NCBI GenBank assembly: GCA_028710695.1
Contig: JAQTTP010000011.1
Location: 1-24,179, forward strand
Direction of reading: 5' to 3'
DNA: 24,179 nucleotides
DNA from: Candidatus Iainarchaeum sp.
GTDB lineage: Archaea; Iainarchaeota; Iainarchaeia; Iainarchaeales; 0-14-0-20-30-16
Position 1 is the first letter of the stretch; every line of letters begins with the position of its first letter. The notes under the pieces are model-generated. The model had not been told where the DNA came from, ran no database searches, and saw only the letters and a program-made list of their open reading frames with translations. Positions 24,048 through 24,179 of the stretch are shown here, piece after piece. The position numbers were made by a program, and so were the translations under genes.

Positions 24048-24179
24048 ACATATCCTCCTTTTTGAAAAAAGAACAGCTTTTACTTATTTCAGAATAATTA
24101 TAATTTAGACTATTAGAAATTTTACAATATTGTTGATCTACTTTAGAAAAAAGTGCATTGGCTTTTGAATTTATAAAAT
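24025..24179 (-). CDS. 3' end of an unidentified gene running in from beyond the window (51 codons visible)
   Basis: The minus-strand frame is open from the window edge to the TAA at 24025..24027 (...FINSKANALFSKVDQQYCKISNSLNYNYSEISKSCSFFKKEDMYAEPKYG). It overlaps the next gene's start and RBS. No recognisable motif. Confidence 0.3.
   Translation of the reverse strand, partial: FINSKANALFSKVDQQYCKISNSLNYNYSEISKSCSFFKKEDMYAEPKYG

Noticed and set aside
1-24179. CRISPR arrays, tRNA/rRNA genes, transposases, integrases, long direct or terminal inverted repeats
   Set aside because: I saw no regularly spaced repeats, no GC-rich cloverleaf-like segments standing out from the AT-rich background, and no recombinase motifs. 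The scan was done by eye only, so short or degenerate elements could be missed.

Overview
The window is visibly AT-rich and tightly packed, with about 29 protein-coding genes and many overlapping junctions. I recognised no rRNA, tRNA, CRISPR array, transposase or integrase. Several features point to an archaeon, probably a small-genome DPANN-like lineage, though this is inference. They are five small proteins with class III (archaeal type IV pilin-like) signal peptides, a TrmB-family regulator, TATA-like boxes centred about 25-27 nt upstream of the ATG of first genes (leaderless layout), and GGAGG/AGGTG Shine-Dalgarno motifs 5-8 nt upstream of internal operon genes. Recognisable content includes the 3' part of a bacterial-type aspS, an orphan LivK-like solute-binding protein, four GNAT acetyltransferases and an AraD-like class II aldolase/epimerase. 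It also includes an alpha/beta hydrolase, a Nudix fusion protein, a SPOUT methyltransferase, two HExxH proteins, a transglutaminase-like protein and two giant secreted or surface proteins of about 1000 aa. The most interesting locus is a translationally coupled minus-strand operon at 12821..18036. It starts with a 40-aa ORF that is not in the ORF track (perfect AGGAGG RBS, C-terminal CSAPHC motif). This is followed by a GT-B-like glycosyltransferase, an unusual PEP-utilizer swivel / RRE-like / radical SAM / SPASM fusion enzyme, two unknown proteins, an APH-fold kinase and an HExxH protein. This looks like an undescribed RiPP-type peptide modification pathway. The second candidate is an operon at 3877..7224 that pairs a Pol-beta-type nucleotidyltransferase with a MetRS-like paralog lacking both HIGH and KMSKS. 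All homology calls come from motif recognition by eye; no searches were run.
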